A DNA stretch of 64,000 nt, taken from assembly GCF_006345805.1 (NCBI RefSeq), contig NC_043013.1, forward strand, positions 12,462,001 through 12,526,000. Reading direction: 5' to 3'. Below the pieces are notes generated by a model. That model was not told the DNA's origin. It saw only the letters and a program-made list of their open reading frames with translations, and did not search any database. The first letter of the stretch is position 1. Every line of letters starts with the position of its first letter. Positions 1 through 12,609 of this stretch are shown one piece after another. This DNA comes from Octopus sinensis. Lineage: Eukaryota. The position numbers and the translations under genes are program-made.

Positions 1-156
1 CATAGTTGCACTCAAAATGACTGAAACAAGTAAAAGAATATCAAAATAATGACATACACACATGCTAGCGTGGGAAAATGGAACGGAAATGCATCATCCT
101 TGGACAGCGTTGAGATCTGTCCCCGCCCACCCAACCCCATCTCCCTATGTTAAAAG

Positions 157-670
157 TGAGATTTACCTGCTATTTTTTGCAGATTGATTTACCATGCAGC
201 TAATTTGTAGTGTGTGTTTTAAGGGATGTTTGGCTGCTATTTCTAGCAGCTCTGGGACTACATTAATCCAGTGTCCTTCCTTTTCTTCATTTGTAGTATG
301 TGATTTAAATGAGATTTACCTGCTATTTCTAGCAGATTGAGTTACCATGTAGTCAATTTGTAGTGTTTTAAGAGATATCTGACTGGTATTTCTAGCAGCT
401 CCAGGACAACATTAATTCAATATGTCCTTTTTCTTAATTTGTAGTCTGTGATGTGAGATTTGGCTGCTGTTTCTAGCAGATTGAGTTACCATGTAGTCAG
501 TTAGTAGTATTTTAAGGGGTATTTGACTGCTATTTCTAGCAGCTCCAGGACTACATTAATCAAATATGTCCATCTTTTTCTTAATTTGTACCATGTAATT
601 TAAATGAGATTTGGCTGCTATTTCTAACAGATCTGAGACTACATTAATCCAGTGTGCCCTTCTTTCTTAA
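157..670 (+). repeat. Degenerate tandem repeat, ~150-bp unit x ~3.5, of a dispersed element (gagatttggctgctatttctagcag)
   Basis: Units start near 157, 310, 453 and 605. Related fragments at ~1338, ~21345-21700 (minus), ~24590 and ~57800-58030. Confidence 0.75.
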
Positions 671-713
671 CCTGAAATATGTGGGTGATTTAACCCTTTT
701 GTTATATTCCATA

Positions 714-1118
714 GGCGTGGCTGTGTGGTAAGAAGCTTGCTTCCAAACCACATGGTTCTGGGATCTGTCTCATCGCATGGCACCTTGGGAAAGTGTTTTC
801 TAATATAGCCTTAGGCCAACCAGAGCCTTGTGAGTGGATTTGGTTGACGGAAGCTGGAAGAAGCATGTCGTGTGTGTGTGTGTGTGTGTGTGTATTTGTG
901 TTCCTGTCTGTGTTTGCCTCCACCATCATCACTCGACAACCAATAGTGGCGTGTTCATGTCTCCGTAACTTAGCAGTTCAGCGTTAGAGACTGATTGAAC
1001 GAGTGCTGGGCTAACAAAGAATAAGTCCTGAGATTGATCTCTTCAACTGAAAAAAAACCCAAAAAACTTTTGAAGACGGTGCTCCAGCATGGCCGATGAC
1101 TGAAACCAGTAAAAGAAT
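714..1118 (+). mobile_element. tRNA-derived SINE, family A
   Basis: Head gtggctgtgtggtaag, internal (GT)n, tail ccagcatggcc...gactgaaac.agtaaaaga; shared with >15 copies in the window. Confidence 0.85.
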
Positions 1119-1799
1119 ATTCCTGTTGAAATATCACTTTTGTTTCAATTAATTTTGATTAACAATGAAGAATTTGGTGAGGCATCTTCCTCATTTACTA
1201 AGCTGATGTTTGGCACCTGAATTAACAATGAGAATTTTGCTGGGATCTTTCAATTTACATCACTTTGAAACAAGGTCTTATCATAGAATTGGTTGGTGGA
1301 GGGTCAGCTTCAGGCATGTTGGTATCAAAAGGGTTATGTGAGATTTGGCTGCTGTTTCTAGCAAGTCGAGTCACCATGTTGTCCCTCCTTCTTTATTGGT
1401 GGTGGTGGTGGTGGAGGATAAATTCCCAAGCTATGAAGTGTGTTTAATGGCGGTGGTACCAACCAACCAACCAGCATTGTGGTAAGTGGTTGTGGCGGTG
1501 ACAGTGAAGTGATGGCTCTGAAGGTAATCTGAGGTGTTTTTCAAAAGTTTTAGGATGTGAGTAAGAGAGGTAAGGGGGTTGGATAGAAAAGACAAATTCC
1601 CCCCTTGTCTGATGGTGGTGGTGGTGGTGGAATGGTGGGAATTGTACTGGAAGAGCCATTCCACCACTATCACAGAGGGGAGTGGCAGTGTAAAAGCAGG
1701 TGTGATGATGATGGTGGCGGCGGTGGTGGTGGTGGTGGTGGTGGTGGCGGGGGGGAGAAGGCTTGTAAAATTGGTATTCATTGGAACTTAGTTGTTAGT

Positions 1800-2175
1800 T
1801 CTCTCTCATTCCTCCTCCTCCTCCTCTCTCTATCTCTCTCTCTCTAGTTCTCCCTACTTCATCTTCATTTTTTTCTCCATCACTATTACCTTCTTTCTCT
1901 CTCTCTCTTCTCTCTCTCTCTCTCTCTCTTCGTCTCCCTTTCTATCTCTCTCTCTCCTCTCCATTACTCTCTTTCTCTACCTTCATCACCCATCCTTTTC
2001 TCTCTGGTCCCTCTATCTCTTTCTCTCTCTCTCCTCTCCATCTTCATCCCTCATAATCCCTCTCCATCGCTACCACCCCGCATCCTTTCTCTCTCTCTCT
2101 CTCTCCCTCTCTCTCTCTTCCTCCCTCCCTCTCTCTCCCCCTCTCTCTTCCTCTCTCCCTCTCTCTTCCTCTCTC
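1800..2175. repeat. Long CT/GA homopyrimidine tract
   Basis: Nearly purine-free imperfect (CT)n on the plus strand. Confidence 0.9.
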
Positions 2176-2481
2176 CAGTTAACTCTTCTATATGTCAGCA
2201 GTTAAGTCACTAGGATCACATGAAACATATGTAAGGTTACATTTAATGAGAGAAAGGTAGGGAGAGAGAGAGAGAGAGAGAGAGAAATAAAGTAGTGGTG
2301 GGGAGAGGTATACGTTGCATGGTGGCAATTACCTATTTCCTGTTCTTTCCATCTCCTCACCCTTCCCCCCCCCCATCACTGTCATCTTCCATTCTTTCCC
2401 AGCCACATCAGCACAGTATGATGACAACCCACAGTGATAATGATGGAGGTGATGATGATGATGCTGAGGATGATATGATGA

Positions 2482-2515
<34 letters not shown>

Positions 2516-2828
2516 GAGGCACATAGATGTGGAATAGGAAGAAACAGAAGTCCTGTTTATTTCCCTCTCTTCTTGTATTGTGTACCTACCTCTACCTAAA
2601 ACCATACCTTTTTCACTGACTGATCTGATCTGGTGGGTGGAGGCACCATCCACCCCTGTGTCTGTGTGTCCCCCTTCCTTATCCCCCCCCCCCCGAAACC
2701 TACCTCTCCCACATTACTATGTTCGCTCCCTCCACTTTGTTACTTACTTGCAACAACCCTCCTTATCACCACTACCACTTCTCCCTCTCAGTACACACGC
2801 ACATGCACTCAGATATATACATACATAT

Positions 2829-2861
<33 letters not shown>

Positions 2862-2922
2862 TACATACACACACATATATATATATATGTTCATACATAT
2901 GCACATATGTTAACATATATAT

Positions 2923-3253
2923 TCTTTTATTTGTTTCAGTCATTTGACTGCAGCCATGCTGGAGCACCACCTTTAGTCCAACAAATCAACCCCAGGACTT
3001 ATTATTCGTTAATCTAGTACTTATTCTATCAGTCTCTTTTGCCGAACCACTATGTTATGGGGACGTAAACACACCAACTCCGGTTGTCAAGCAATAGTGG
3101 GGGAGACAGACACAGGAACATACACATATATATATGACGGGCTTCTTTCAGTTTCCGTCTACCAAATCCACTCACAAGGTTTTGGTTGGCCCGAGGTTAT
3201 AATAGAAGACACTTGTCAAAAGTGCCACACTGTGGGACTGAACCCAGAACCAC
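2923..3253 (-). mobile_element. SINE family A, minus strand
   Basis: Reverse complement of the family A tail and body (ttgtttcagtcatttgactgcagccatgctggagcacc...gggactgaacccagaacc). Confidence 0.85.
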
Positions 3254-3632
3254 TTCTACACCTTATATATATCTATATATATATATATACACATGCATAT
3301 ATACTCACATACATATGTATATATGTCCACATACATAAACACACACATGCACATATTTATATATTTATTATAACTGTTCTATATCCTACCTTCAACTGAT
3401 GACTTGAACAAACCTCCCACCCATGGCAAACCCTCATTGCCCTTCTATCATAATTAGCTTGATACCTTCATCAATTTAAACAGTCTGCCCACCACACACA
3501 CATACACACTCTCTCCTATTTGGCTAATGGTGGTATTCAACCCCCTCTCCCCTCCCGTTAAATGCCACCCCTACACTGCCCCACACCAGTCATTGACCTA
3601 ATGGTTATAATTGAAACCACAGCCAATTAATA

Positions 3633-3676
3633 TCATCACCACTACTACTACTACTACTACCACCACCACCACCACC

Positions 3677-3759
<83 letters not shown>

Positions 3760-3763
3760 CACC

Positions 3764-3804
<41 letters not shown>

Positions 3805-3808
3805 CACC

Positions 3809-3846
<38 letters not shown>

Positions 3847-3850
3847 CACT
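3633..3850. repeat. Compound (CTA)n/(CCA)n microsatellite
   Basis: Alternating blocks of CTA and CCA; source of the poly-T/V/S/G ORFs in the track. Confidence 0.95.
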
Positions 3851-3952
3851 AGTTCTGTTCTTAGAATATTTATCTACCTTCACCAACTAACCTTTACCAA
3901 GCTAGTGGAGGTGGGCGGTGGCTGTCTGTGGTTGTCTGACCTGCTGGAAAAA

Positions 3953-4039
3953 ATGGCTAATTCCTCCCTCAAAATGTCACATTAGATGGGACAAAGGTGG
4001 ATTTTGATGCTCATGAAATACACAAGGGAAAGAAAATAA
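3953..4039 (+). promoter_or_regulatory. Two adjacent candidate uORFs (10 aa and 17 aa)
   Basis: ATG3953..TAG3985 is followed directly by ATG3986..TAA4039, and that TAA overlaps ATG4039. Valid only if this region is 5' UTR. Confidence 0.3.
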
Positions 4040-4072
4040 TGGGATTGTGCGCCCCCCGGAATACCTTTAGTT
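4039..4072 (+). CDS. zfh1: Candidate first coding exon of zfh1/ZEB (MGLCAPRNTFS + 1 nt)
   Basis: ATG at 4039 in strong context (aataATGg), open to a GTAAGT donor at 4073. It ends in phase 1, matching the phase-1 acceptor at 7321. There is an in-frame upstream stop at 3937. No homology support by eye. Confidence 0.35.
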
Positions 4073-5154
4073 GTAAGTAGGTCTGTGCCTGCTTGATCTG
4101 GCTGACCTAGGGTTGAACAGCAACAACAACAACAACAACAACATAAATAATAAACCTTAACCATTAGCCAACCACTTAAACCATCATCATCACCATCACT
4201 ATTGCCAGTCATTAGTACCTCAACCACTTTTATAATTAAGCTACCTTCACTGCTTAATTAATTTCACCACCTGCTCACCTTGCCATGACCACCACCACCA
4301 CCAAAAACAACAACAACTCGGTCATTACTGCAGATGATTATAACTAGCAAAGTCAATCTGGCTAATTAACACAGCCACCTCCCCTCACACCCCACCCCCC
4401 CGAACCACCATTATGTTGCTTCCTCCTCATCCTTCTCCCCCATCTCATTCCTGTCTTTGACCTGGCAGTGGTGGTGGCGGCGGCAGTGGTGGTGGTGGTG
4501 GTATTTGTTGTCCTCCCCCCTTATTTCTATACCACTGGATTCCTCCACCCATTCTCTTGTCACCACTGGGTCCCCATCTTTTCTTTTTTTTTTTTCTGCT
4601 ACACTAACAGCACTGCTATACCCTTTACTTTCACCATTGCCGACACCATCATCCTCATCATTGTTGTCATTGCCACAACCACCATCACCACCATCACCAC
4701 CACCATAACCACCACCATCATCATCATCATCATCACTGTCATAGCCACCGCCACCACCACCACCATCATCACCACCACTATCATATCTACCTACCTCTGT
4801 AGATATTAGTAGCAGCACCACCACCACAATCACCACCCCTACATGAAACCACCCTGTTCCCTATCCATTACCTACCTTATCCCACCAGCACCCTGCTGCC
4901 TCTGAGGGCTCATTTATGAGACCCTTACTTACCATTTTCTATTTCTGTTACATGGGATGATAGGAGAGGGGAGAGCGGGCTGTGGTAGGGGTGTTTACCA
5001 CTACCATGTTCTTCTTAGTGTTCTAGCTCCCTTTACACACACACACACACACACACACACAGGGGACTATTGTAACTTACACTGTTTCTGCTACTCTTAC
5101 TACAACTCTCATACTTAACACCTCCAGACAAATAAAGGAAGGGTTTGAGGTATG

Positions 5155-5196
<42 letters not shown>

Positions 5197-5871
5197 CTGC
5201 TACTCTCATCTCATGTAACTCTTAAATCTCTTCATCTTCTCAGCATCCTTTGGCGCTCCCAGAATTGCTTAATCCACAAGTTGTTTTAAATTCGGGGGGG
5301 GGGGCACATTACACCCCACCCCCTCTAATAATTCACTCTGCCTCTCCTACTACTTCTACTACTACTACCACCACCACCATCATTATCATCACCATCAGTA
5401 CCATCCCCACCACAACCACCTGTCTATTAACCATAATTTTCTATGTACACTTTTCCATGCTTGCATGGGTTGGAAGAGTCACTCTTCTCCAACTCAGTGA
5501 GCCCCACACACATGAATACATGTACACACCCATTTGTGTTATTCCTGAAATTTTATTCCTCCAGCTACTGTCTCTCTTATACTCTTTTTATTTTCTCCTT
5601 GTTTCAATCACTGGACTACAGGAGCACTTGCCCTGAAGAGTTTATCTGAACAAATCGATCGGCCCATTGCTTATTTTCTTTAAACTCTGATACTTATTCC
5701 TTTTAGCAGTCTCTTTTTCCTTTTTATCAAATCTCTAAATTATCTGAGTGTAAACAAACCAACTCTGCTTTTCAGACAGTGGTGAGGCACAAGCGCACAC
5801 ACATACACCTATTTACACTCTGAGATCTCTTCCAAGAATTAGGATTGTTTAGATACTGGTGTCACGCAACT

Positions 5872-6070
5872 GGCACCTGGCACCCGTGCCGGTGTCACAT
5901 AAAAGTACCCGTTATACACTCTGTAAAGTGATTGGCATTAGAAAGGGCATCTGGCCATAGACACCAAGCCAAATCAGACTGGAGGCTGGTGCAACCCCTC
6001 AGCTTGCCAGCTCTTGTAAAACTGTCCGACCCATGCCAGCATGGACAACAAATAATAAATGATGATGATA
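5872..6070 (-). mobile_element. Short retroelement family C (catcatttaacgtcc...catgctggcatgggttgg type)
   Basis: Homologous to copies at ~8585-8775 (-), 19748-19856 (+), 44283-44485, 48397-48530 (+), 51140-51300 (+) and 51423-51612 (+). Confidence 0.75.
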
Positions 6071-6084
6071 TTATATATTCTTTT

Positions 6085-6375
6085 ATTCTTTTACTTGTTT
6101 CAGTCAGTTGACTGCGGCCATGCTGGAGCACTGCCTTTAGTCGAACAAAATGACCCCCAGGACTTATTCTTTGTAAGCCCAGTATTATTCTCTTGGTCTC
6201 TTTTGCTGAACTGCTAAGTTACGGGGGACGTAAACACACCAACATGGTGGGGTGACAAACACAGACACACAAATGCATGCATAGTAGAAGACACTTGCCC
6301 AAGTTGTCACACAGTGGGACTGAACCAAGAACCATGTGGTTGGGTAGCAAGCTTCTCGCCACACAGCCACACCTG
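6085..6375 (-). mobile_element. SINE family A, minus strand, internally deleted
   Basis: Reverse-complemented tail at 6085-6250 and head ending acacagccac at ~6370. Confidence 0.85.
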
Positions 6376-6419
6376 GGCCTATATATATAGAGAGAGAGAG
6401 ATAATATACAAAAAAAAAA

Positions 6420-6590
6420 CAAAAGATGAAGATGAGTGTGTAGACAACAAACAGATACATTAGTTTAATGCTCGGGAAGTGAGGAAGTCTTTTACGTTTC
6501 GAGCCTATGCTCTTTGACAGAAAGGAACACAGAAATAAACAGGGAGAGAAAATAGAAAAAGGTATAGTGGCTAGCAATCTATCATGGCCT
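6420..6590 (-). mobile_element. Penelope-like terminal-repeat fragment with a degenerate minimal hammerhead
   Basis: The minus strand reads cttt-CTGTCAA-A-GAGC-atag-GCTC-GAAAC-GTA-aaag. Homologous to 20325-20530. Confidence 0.65.
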
Positions 6591-6922
6591 ATATATATAT
6601 ATGTGTGTATGTGTGTCTATATATCTAATAATACACGTGTTTTGAGCAGCCCTGCAGTGAGTTTGACAATTTGACATTTCCAGTTTATCAGCTGCTGGAA
6701 CAATTATCAGACTCACCACTCATTCCAAGTAAATTTATTTAATTCTACATAACTTTATGTTGAATACTTCTTTCACTTTCTAACCATGTTGCTTTGGGTC
6801 CAGTCCCACCTCGGAGCACTTCAAACAAGCATCTTCTGCTATAGCCCCAGGCTATATATGTGTGTATGTATGTATGTGTGTGTATGCATATATATATGTA
6901 CACACACACATATATATATATG

Positions 6923-7078
6923 AGGCACAGGGGTGACTGTGTGGTAAGAAGCTTGCTTACCAACCACATGGTTCTGGGTTCAGTCCTATTGTGTGTTATC
7001 TTGGGCAGGTGTCTTCTACTATAGCCTCAGGCCACCAGCCTTGTGAGTGGATTTGGTAGACAGAAACTAACGGAAACA
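6923..7078 (+). mobile_element. SINE family A, 5' portion
   Basis: gtgactgtgtggtaagaagcttgcttaccaaccacatggttctgggttcagtcc head (pol III box B-like GGTTCAGTCC). Confidence 0.8.
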
Positions 7079-7320
7079 AATACATACATGTATATATGTA
7101 GTCCTATGTTTCCCCCCACCCTCGGTGGTAATGATAGAGGATGATATGGTGGTGATGATGATGATGATGATGGAGGTAGTGGTGGTGATGATGATGTCAA
7201 TGATGGAAATACTGATGATGTCAATGGAGGTGATGGTGATGATGATATTTGTATGATAATGTATCTATCTGTCTCTTTCTCCCTAAACTTATCTCTCCCC
7301 TTTTCTCTTCTCTTTTCTAG

Positions 7321-7869
7321 TTGAGACTGAAGAACAGGCAGAACTGAGTAATACAGACAATGTGAAGTCGAAGGGATCTACGACAGCGCCACCTAGCAAT
7401 GGCTTCCATGACAACAACAACAGCCACAATCCTACAAGTGTCTTAGAAGATGGCGGCGGAGACGACGGAGCGGATGAAGATAACAACAAGGATGGGAAGA
7501 CAAAGAGGCAGGGGGAAGAGGAAGAGGAGGGGGCTGCTGCTGATGATTCTTTAAATACCGATGCTACCACCACCACTACCACCACAGCCGCAGCAACCAG
7601 TACCACGACAACCCCCACCGACACGACAGCAGCAGCATCACCAACAGCAACTACAACAGCGGCAGCAGAAGCAACTACAACAACAACAACAAGCATGACA
7701 GCTAACACTAACACATCCACTGCCACCACCACTGCTACTAGTACTACTACGACTACTTCTGCCAGTAAGGAGGTGGTGAACACAAATGGCACAGTTGGCA
7801 CAGTGGCACAAGAGGACGGCAGCAGCAAAGATGGTTCAAAAATGGTCACACAACCAACTGGTGTCGATA
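7321..7869 (+). CDS. zfh1: zfh1/ZEB N-terminal low-complexity coding exon (acidic, then Thr/Ala-rich)
   Basis: Pyrimidine tract ending ttttctAG at 7320 and GTGAGT donor at 7870. 549 nt, stop-free, phase 1-1 (ETEEQAELSNTDNVKSKG...QPTGVD). Mixed codon usage, unlike the pure-repeat ORFs. Confidence 0.7.
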
Positions 7870-7875
7870 GTGAGT

Positions 7876-7906
<31 letters not shown>

Positions 7907-8958
7907 TTATTATTATTGTTGTTAATTATTATTGATTTACTTCTTCAACTGTTTGTGTGTGTATAAGATCAATGTGTTTTGTGATTATAATAATGTGCCT
8001 GATGAAATGGTCTGGTTATTTATTTCTATCGTGTAATATATCAATAAGCATATAAATAGCCATTCTATAGAAACATATGTAACAATTAGATAATTCTCTC
8101 CATTTATATTCATTTAGTATTGTGTGTATGTGTAAAGTGGATGTATGACTATGTGGTTAAAAAGTTTGTCCCCTAGCTATGTGATTACAGGTTCAATACT
8201 ACTGCATAATACTTTTGTCAAGTGTCTGCTATATGTTTATAGACTTATATATGTGTATGTACATATGTGAGTATGTGTGCATGTGTATGCATATGACAGT
8301 CTTCATGTGTGTGTTTATGAGATAATCTCTGTTTACATGCATGTGTCTTTCCTCTTCCTACTTCTTGTATTTTTCATCGACTGCCAATATTCCTCATACT
8401 AATTCATTTCCCAATCAATGATGTTCTTTGTCTGTTTGTCTGTCTGTCCCTCTCTTGCCAGTCTAGTCGATTGGTTCTGAACCATTTTTTACTTATGGAC
8501 CCCCTCTGCTACTGGACCTGCTGAGCCATCATTCAATGTCTAAAAACTCTTATATTTTTATAAATAAATATTGCTGTGTAGAAAAGCCCCCATGCCAGTG
8601 TTGCATAAAAGCACCCAGTACACTTTGTAAAGTGGTTGGCATTAAGAAGGGCATCCAGCTGTAGAAAAACTATGCCACAACAGACAGGGAACCTGAACAG
8701 CCCTTCAACTGGTCAGCTCCTGTCAAACCATCCAACCCATGCCAGTATGGAAAATGGACATTAAATGATGATGGTGGTAATGACACTGAATTGTACAAAA
8801 GAAAAAAAAGCTTCAAATATTTTGTGTATTGTAAAATTATCCCTAGTTTGTTGCATATAAGCTTCAACAAAATTTTCTATGGACCCAATTTGAGAACCAA
8901 CAGTCTAGTCCTTGCATCACTCCCCACAGGCCACCATATTACATTCTTCCACATCATA

Positions 8959-9400
8959 TCTATTATATAAAATCCGTTCTGTCTGTCTGTGTGTGTGTAT
9001 CTTCTAGGATCTCGGGCATCCTCCATCTGATTGCGCTCAAATTTGACATGTAGATACCGATGGTGTCAGGGCATGTATAAGTCTTGAAAAAAAATTTTAA
9101 ATCGATTCCAGGTGAGAATGCGATCGATAAAGCCGTGGGAACATGCATTTGTATGCGCAAGTACATCAGCTGTTGCGATCGATACTACACGTACGCGAGA
9201 AAATGCATGTGCAGTTTGCACAAAAAAAGCTGGCTGGCTTAAAATAATGCCACAAAATGCAGTATATTCAAGAGACCCAAAAAGTAAGATCCAAAGGAGA
9301 TATTTTCTTCAAACCTGGCATGAAGGAAGGAAAGACTATTTGGTTTCTCAAGAAGTTTTTTTTTTTTTGCCTTACCTTTGTTTAACAAAACCAAAAATTT
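8959..9400 (+). mobile_element. Probable non-autonomous Helitron, 5' part (3' end not identified)
   Basis: Begins a|TCTATTATATAAAATCCGTTCTGTCTGTCTG, the same start style as 40772 and 50718. CpG-rich body. Confidence 0.45.
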
Positions 9401-10227
9401 TATTGAAATAAAGGCATGCTTAATTATTTTTTAATGAAAAGAAAACACTGATTGCTTTTTATTCAAGGAAGAAAATACTATTTTCTTGCTAATAAATGAT
9501 TTTTGTTGCCTTACAACTTTAAACCAAAAAAAGTGTGGTTTTTTAGTGAAAGAAAACCATTATTGCATTCAATCAAGATTGTTTGAGCTTTATTTCAAGG
9601 TGAATGTAGTCAAAATACTTCAATTTTAGAAACAAAGGACTATTTGCTTGCTTCTTAATCATGCAATATTTGCATTAAAATCGTTTTTCTTTGGACTAGA
9701 AAAAAGTCTATCTTTATTTCTTCTTTTGTTGGTGTCTCAAATTTAGGTTAAATCAGCATTTCTCAAAGGGGAGGCCTATGGGACGGTCGGACAAGTTGTT
9801 TTAAGAAAATTTGGTTTAAATCTTTGACAACTCAGCACCATGCATTGGATGGTGGGGTGTTTTGCTCATATATATATATACATATATGTATATATGATAA
9901 GACTTCTCAAACTTATCAGTAATTTGTCTGCATCCTTTCAAGAAATGTTTACGTTTGTTAGTATAAGCTCATAAAGCCCTGATGAGATTCTGCCCCATGA
10001 TGACCAATTTCTTAACATATGGCCCTACCTAAATGCTTAGAATTACTAATCACCTAGGGGCATAAATCGAGATATATATGTAGGTCTTTGGCATCTGCCA
10101 TTTCTTTTAGAGCTTTATAATTTGTAATTTATTTGTGTTGTTTTTATAAAAAAAACTTTCAACCTCTGTATATAATAAAAAAAAATTATTCAAACTTCAT
10201 AATCCTCCCTTTGCTTCCTTCCCATTA

Positions 10228-10308
<81 letters not shown>

Positions 10309-10416
10309 GTATATAGATATGTATATATATATTATATATATATATATGTATATATAGTATATATATATATGTATATATAAGTATATATAATGTATATAAT
10401 ATATTATTATATATAT

Positions 10417-10474
<58 letters not shown>

Positions 10475-10627
10475 TATCACTTAGCGGTTCGGCAAAAAGA
10501 GACCGATAGAATAAGTACTGGGCTTACAAAGAATAAGTCCCGGGGTCGATTTGCCTCGACTAAAGGCGTGCTGTCCAGCATGGCCGCAGTCAAATGACTG
10601 AAACAAGTAAAAGAGTATAATATATAT

Positions 10628-10665
<38 letters not shown>

Positions 10666-10669
10666 TTAG

Positions 10670-10712
<43 letters not shown>

Positions 10713-10953
10713 ATATATGTATAGTATATATGTATATAATTATGTATATGTGATATATATAGATATATATATATATATGTATATATTATATATATATAGT
10801 ATATGTATATATATATATATATATAGATATATGTATATATATATATGTATATATATATATATTATGTATATATATATATAGTATATATATATAATATGGA
10901 TATATATATATATATAGGTATATATATTTATATGTATATTATATATATATATA

Positions 10954-11338
10954 GGCGCAGGAGTGGCTGTGTGGTAAGTAGCTTGCTAACCAGCCACATG
11001 GTTGCGGGTTCAGTCCCACTGCGTGGCATCTTGGGCAAGTGTCTTCTGCTATAGCCCCGGGCCGATTTGGTAGACGGAAACTGAAAGAAGCCTGTCGTAT
11101 ATATGTATATATATATATATATGTGTGTTTGTGTGTCTGTGTTTGTCCCCCTAGCATTGCTTGACAACCGATGCTGGTGTGTTTACGTCCCCGTTACTTA
11201 GCGGTTCAGCAAAAGAGACCAATAAAATAAGTACTGGGCTTACAAAGAATAAGTCCCGGGGTCGATTTGCTCGACTAAAGGCGGTGCTCCAGCATGGCCG
11301 CAGTCAAATGACTGAAACAAGTAAAAGAGTAAAAGAGT
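10954..11338 (+). mobile_element. SINE family A, full length
   Basis: ggcgcaggagtggctgtgtggtaag...GGTTCAGTCCC...aacaagtaaaagagtaaaagag. A second tail-only copy lies at ~10477-10615. Confidence 0.92.
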
Positions 11339-12169
11339 ACATATACACACACAAATCCAGGTAAAAAATGTAATGGAAAAAAGTCACAGCAGTTTTGTCC
11401 AAGGGCATTTTGTCTGGATCCCATAAATATACTGACTTTTTTCCTAGCCAAAATTGTGACTTTATTACTCTGACTTTTTTTTGTAATTGTGACTTTATTA
11501 CTGTAACTTTTTCCTAGCCAAAATTGTGACTTTATTACTCTGACCTTTTTTTCCTAGCCAAAATTGTAACCTTATTACTGTAACTTTTTTTCCTGTGACT
11601 TTGTTACTGGTCACCATATATACTCATATCTAAACCTCTTGATTCACTGAAATAGGATAAATTACATGACTCAATAGATAAGTGTTTAATTGGAAGGCTC
11701 CTATTTCTATTACTCCGAGTAACACATTCCTGATCATTATGCTGCTGATAGTTGAAAACTGTTTTTTCTTTGATATATCCGTTGATTTTTTTCTTTTTTT
11801 AATAATCTATGAAGGTTACCTGGAAAGTGCTCGTCTCTTTTCTTTTTTATAAATGCGAAAACTAAAGACCAAACATGCACACACACACACACACACACAC
11901 ACATACATACATACACACACTAACAAGTCTATAAAGAGAAAAGAGTATACAAGAAACATTATTTCAGATGCAGGATATTAATGTGTGTGATTTTACCTTG
12001 TACTTAAGTGTGTGTGTGTGTGTGTGTACATGTGTGTGAGAAAGAGAGTGTGTGTAAGAGACAGAGACAGCATGTGTGTTTGTGTGAGTGTGTGTGTGTG
12101 TGTACATGAAGCAGTTAAGTACATGCATTTACAATTATAAATAGCCTGAGTGACTTCTATAAATATATA

Positions 12170-12191
12170 CGTGTATGTGTGTGTATGTGTG

Positions 12192-12224
<33 letters not shown>

Positions 12225-12340
12225 GCACACACACACACACACACACACGCATATATGTGTATGTGTGTATATATATATGTATATATTATATATATATATA
12301 TACACGCACACACACACACACGCATATATGTGTATGTGTG

Positions 12341-12404
<64 letters not shown>

Positions 12405-12575
12405 TATATGTGTATGTGTGTATATATATATGTATATATATATATACACACGCACACACACACACACACACACGCATATATGTGTATGTGTGTATATATA
12501 TGTATATATATATATATATATACACACGCACACACACACACACGCATATATGTGTATGTGTGTATATATATATGC

Positions 12576-12609
<34 letters not shown>

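Noticed and set aside
3598-3985. Poly-Thr/Val/Ser-Gly ORFs
   Set aside because: Produced by the (CTA)n/(CCA)n microsatellite.
4411-4836. Minus-strand 141-aa Gly/Asp-rich ORF
   Set aside because: Trinucleotide-repeat composition; no domain and no partner exons for an antisense gene.
9975-10010. CTGATGAG hammerhead-like core
   Set aside because: No stem II or GAAA downstream; the same holds for CTGATGA at ~7999 and ~25786.
10954-11040. tRNA genes at SINE heads (also 55388-55455 and 36128-36200)
   Set aside because: Box A and B are present, but there is no complete cloverleaf or acceptor stem and each continues into a repeat body.
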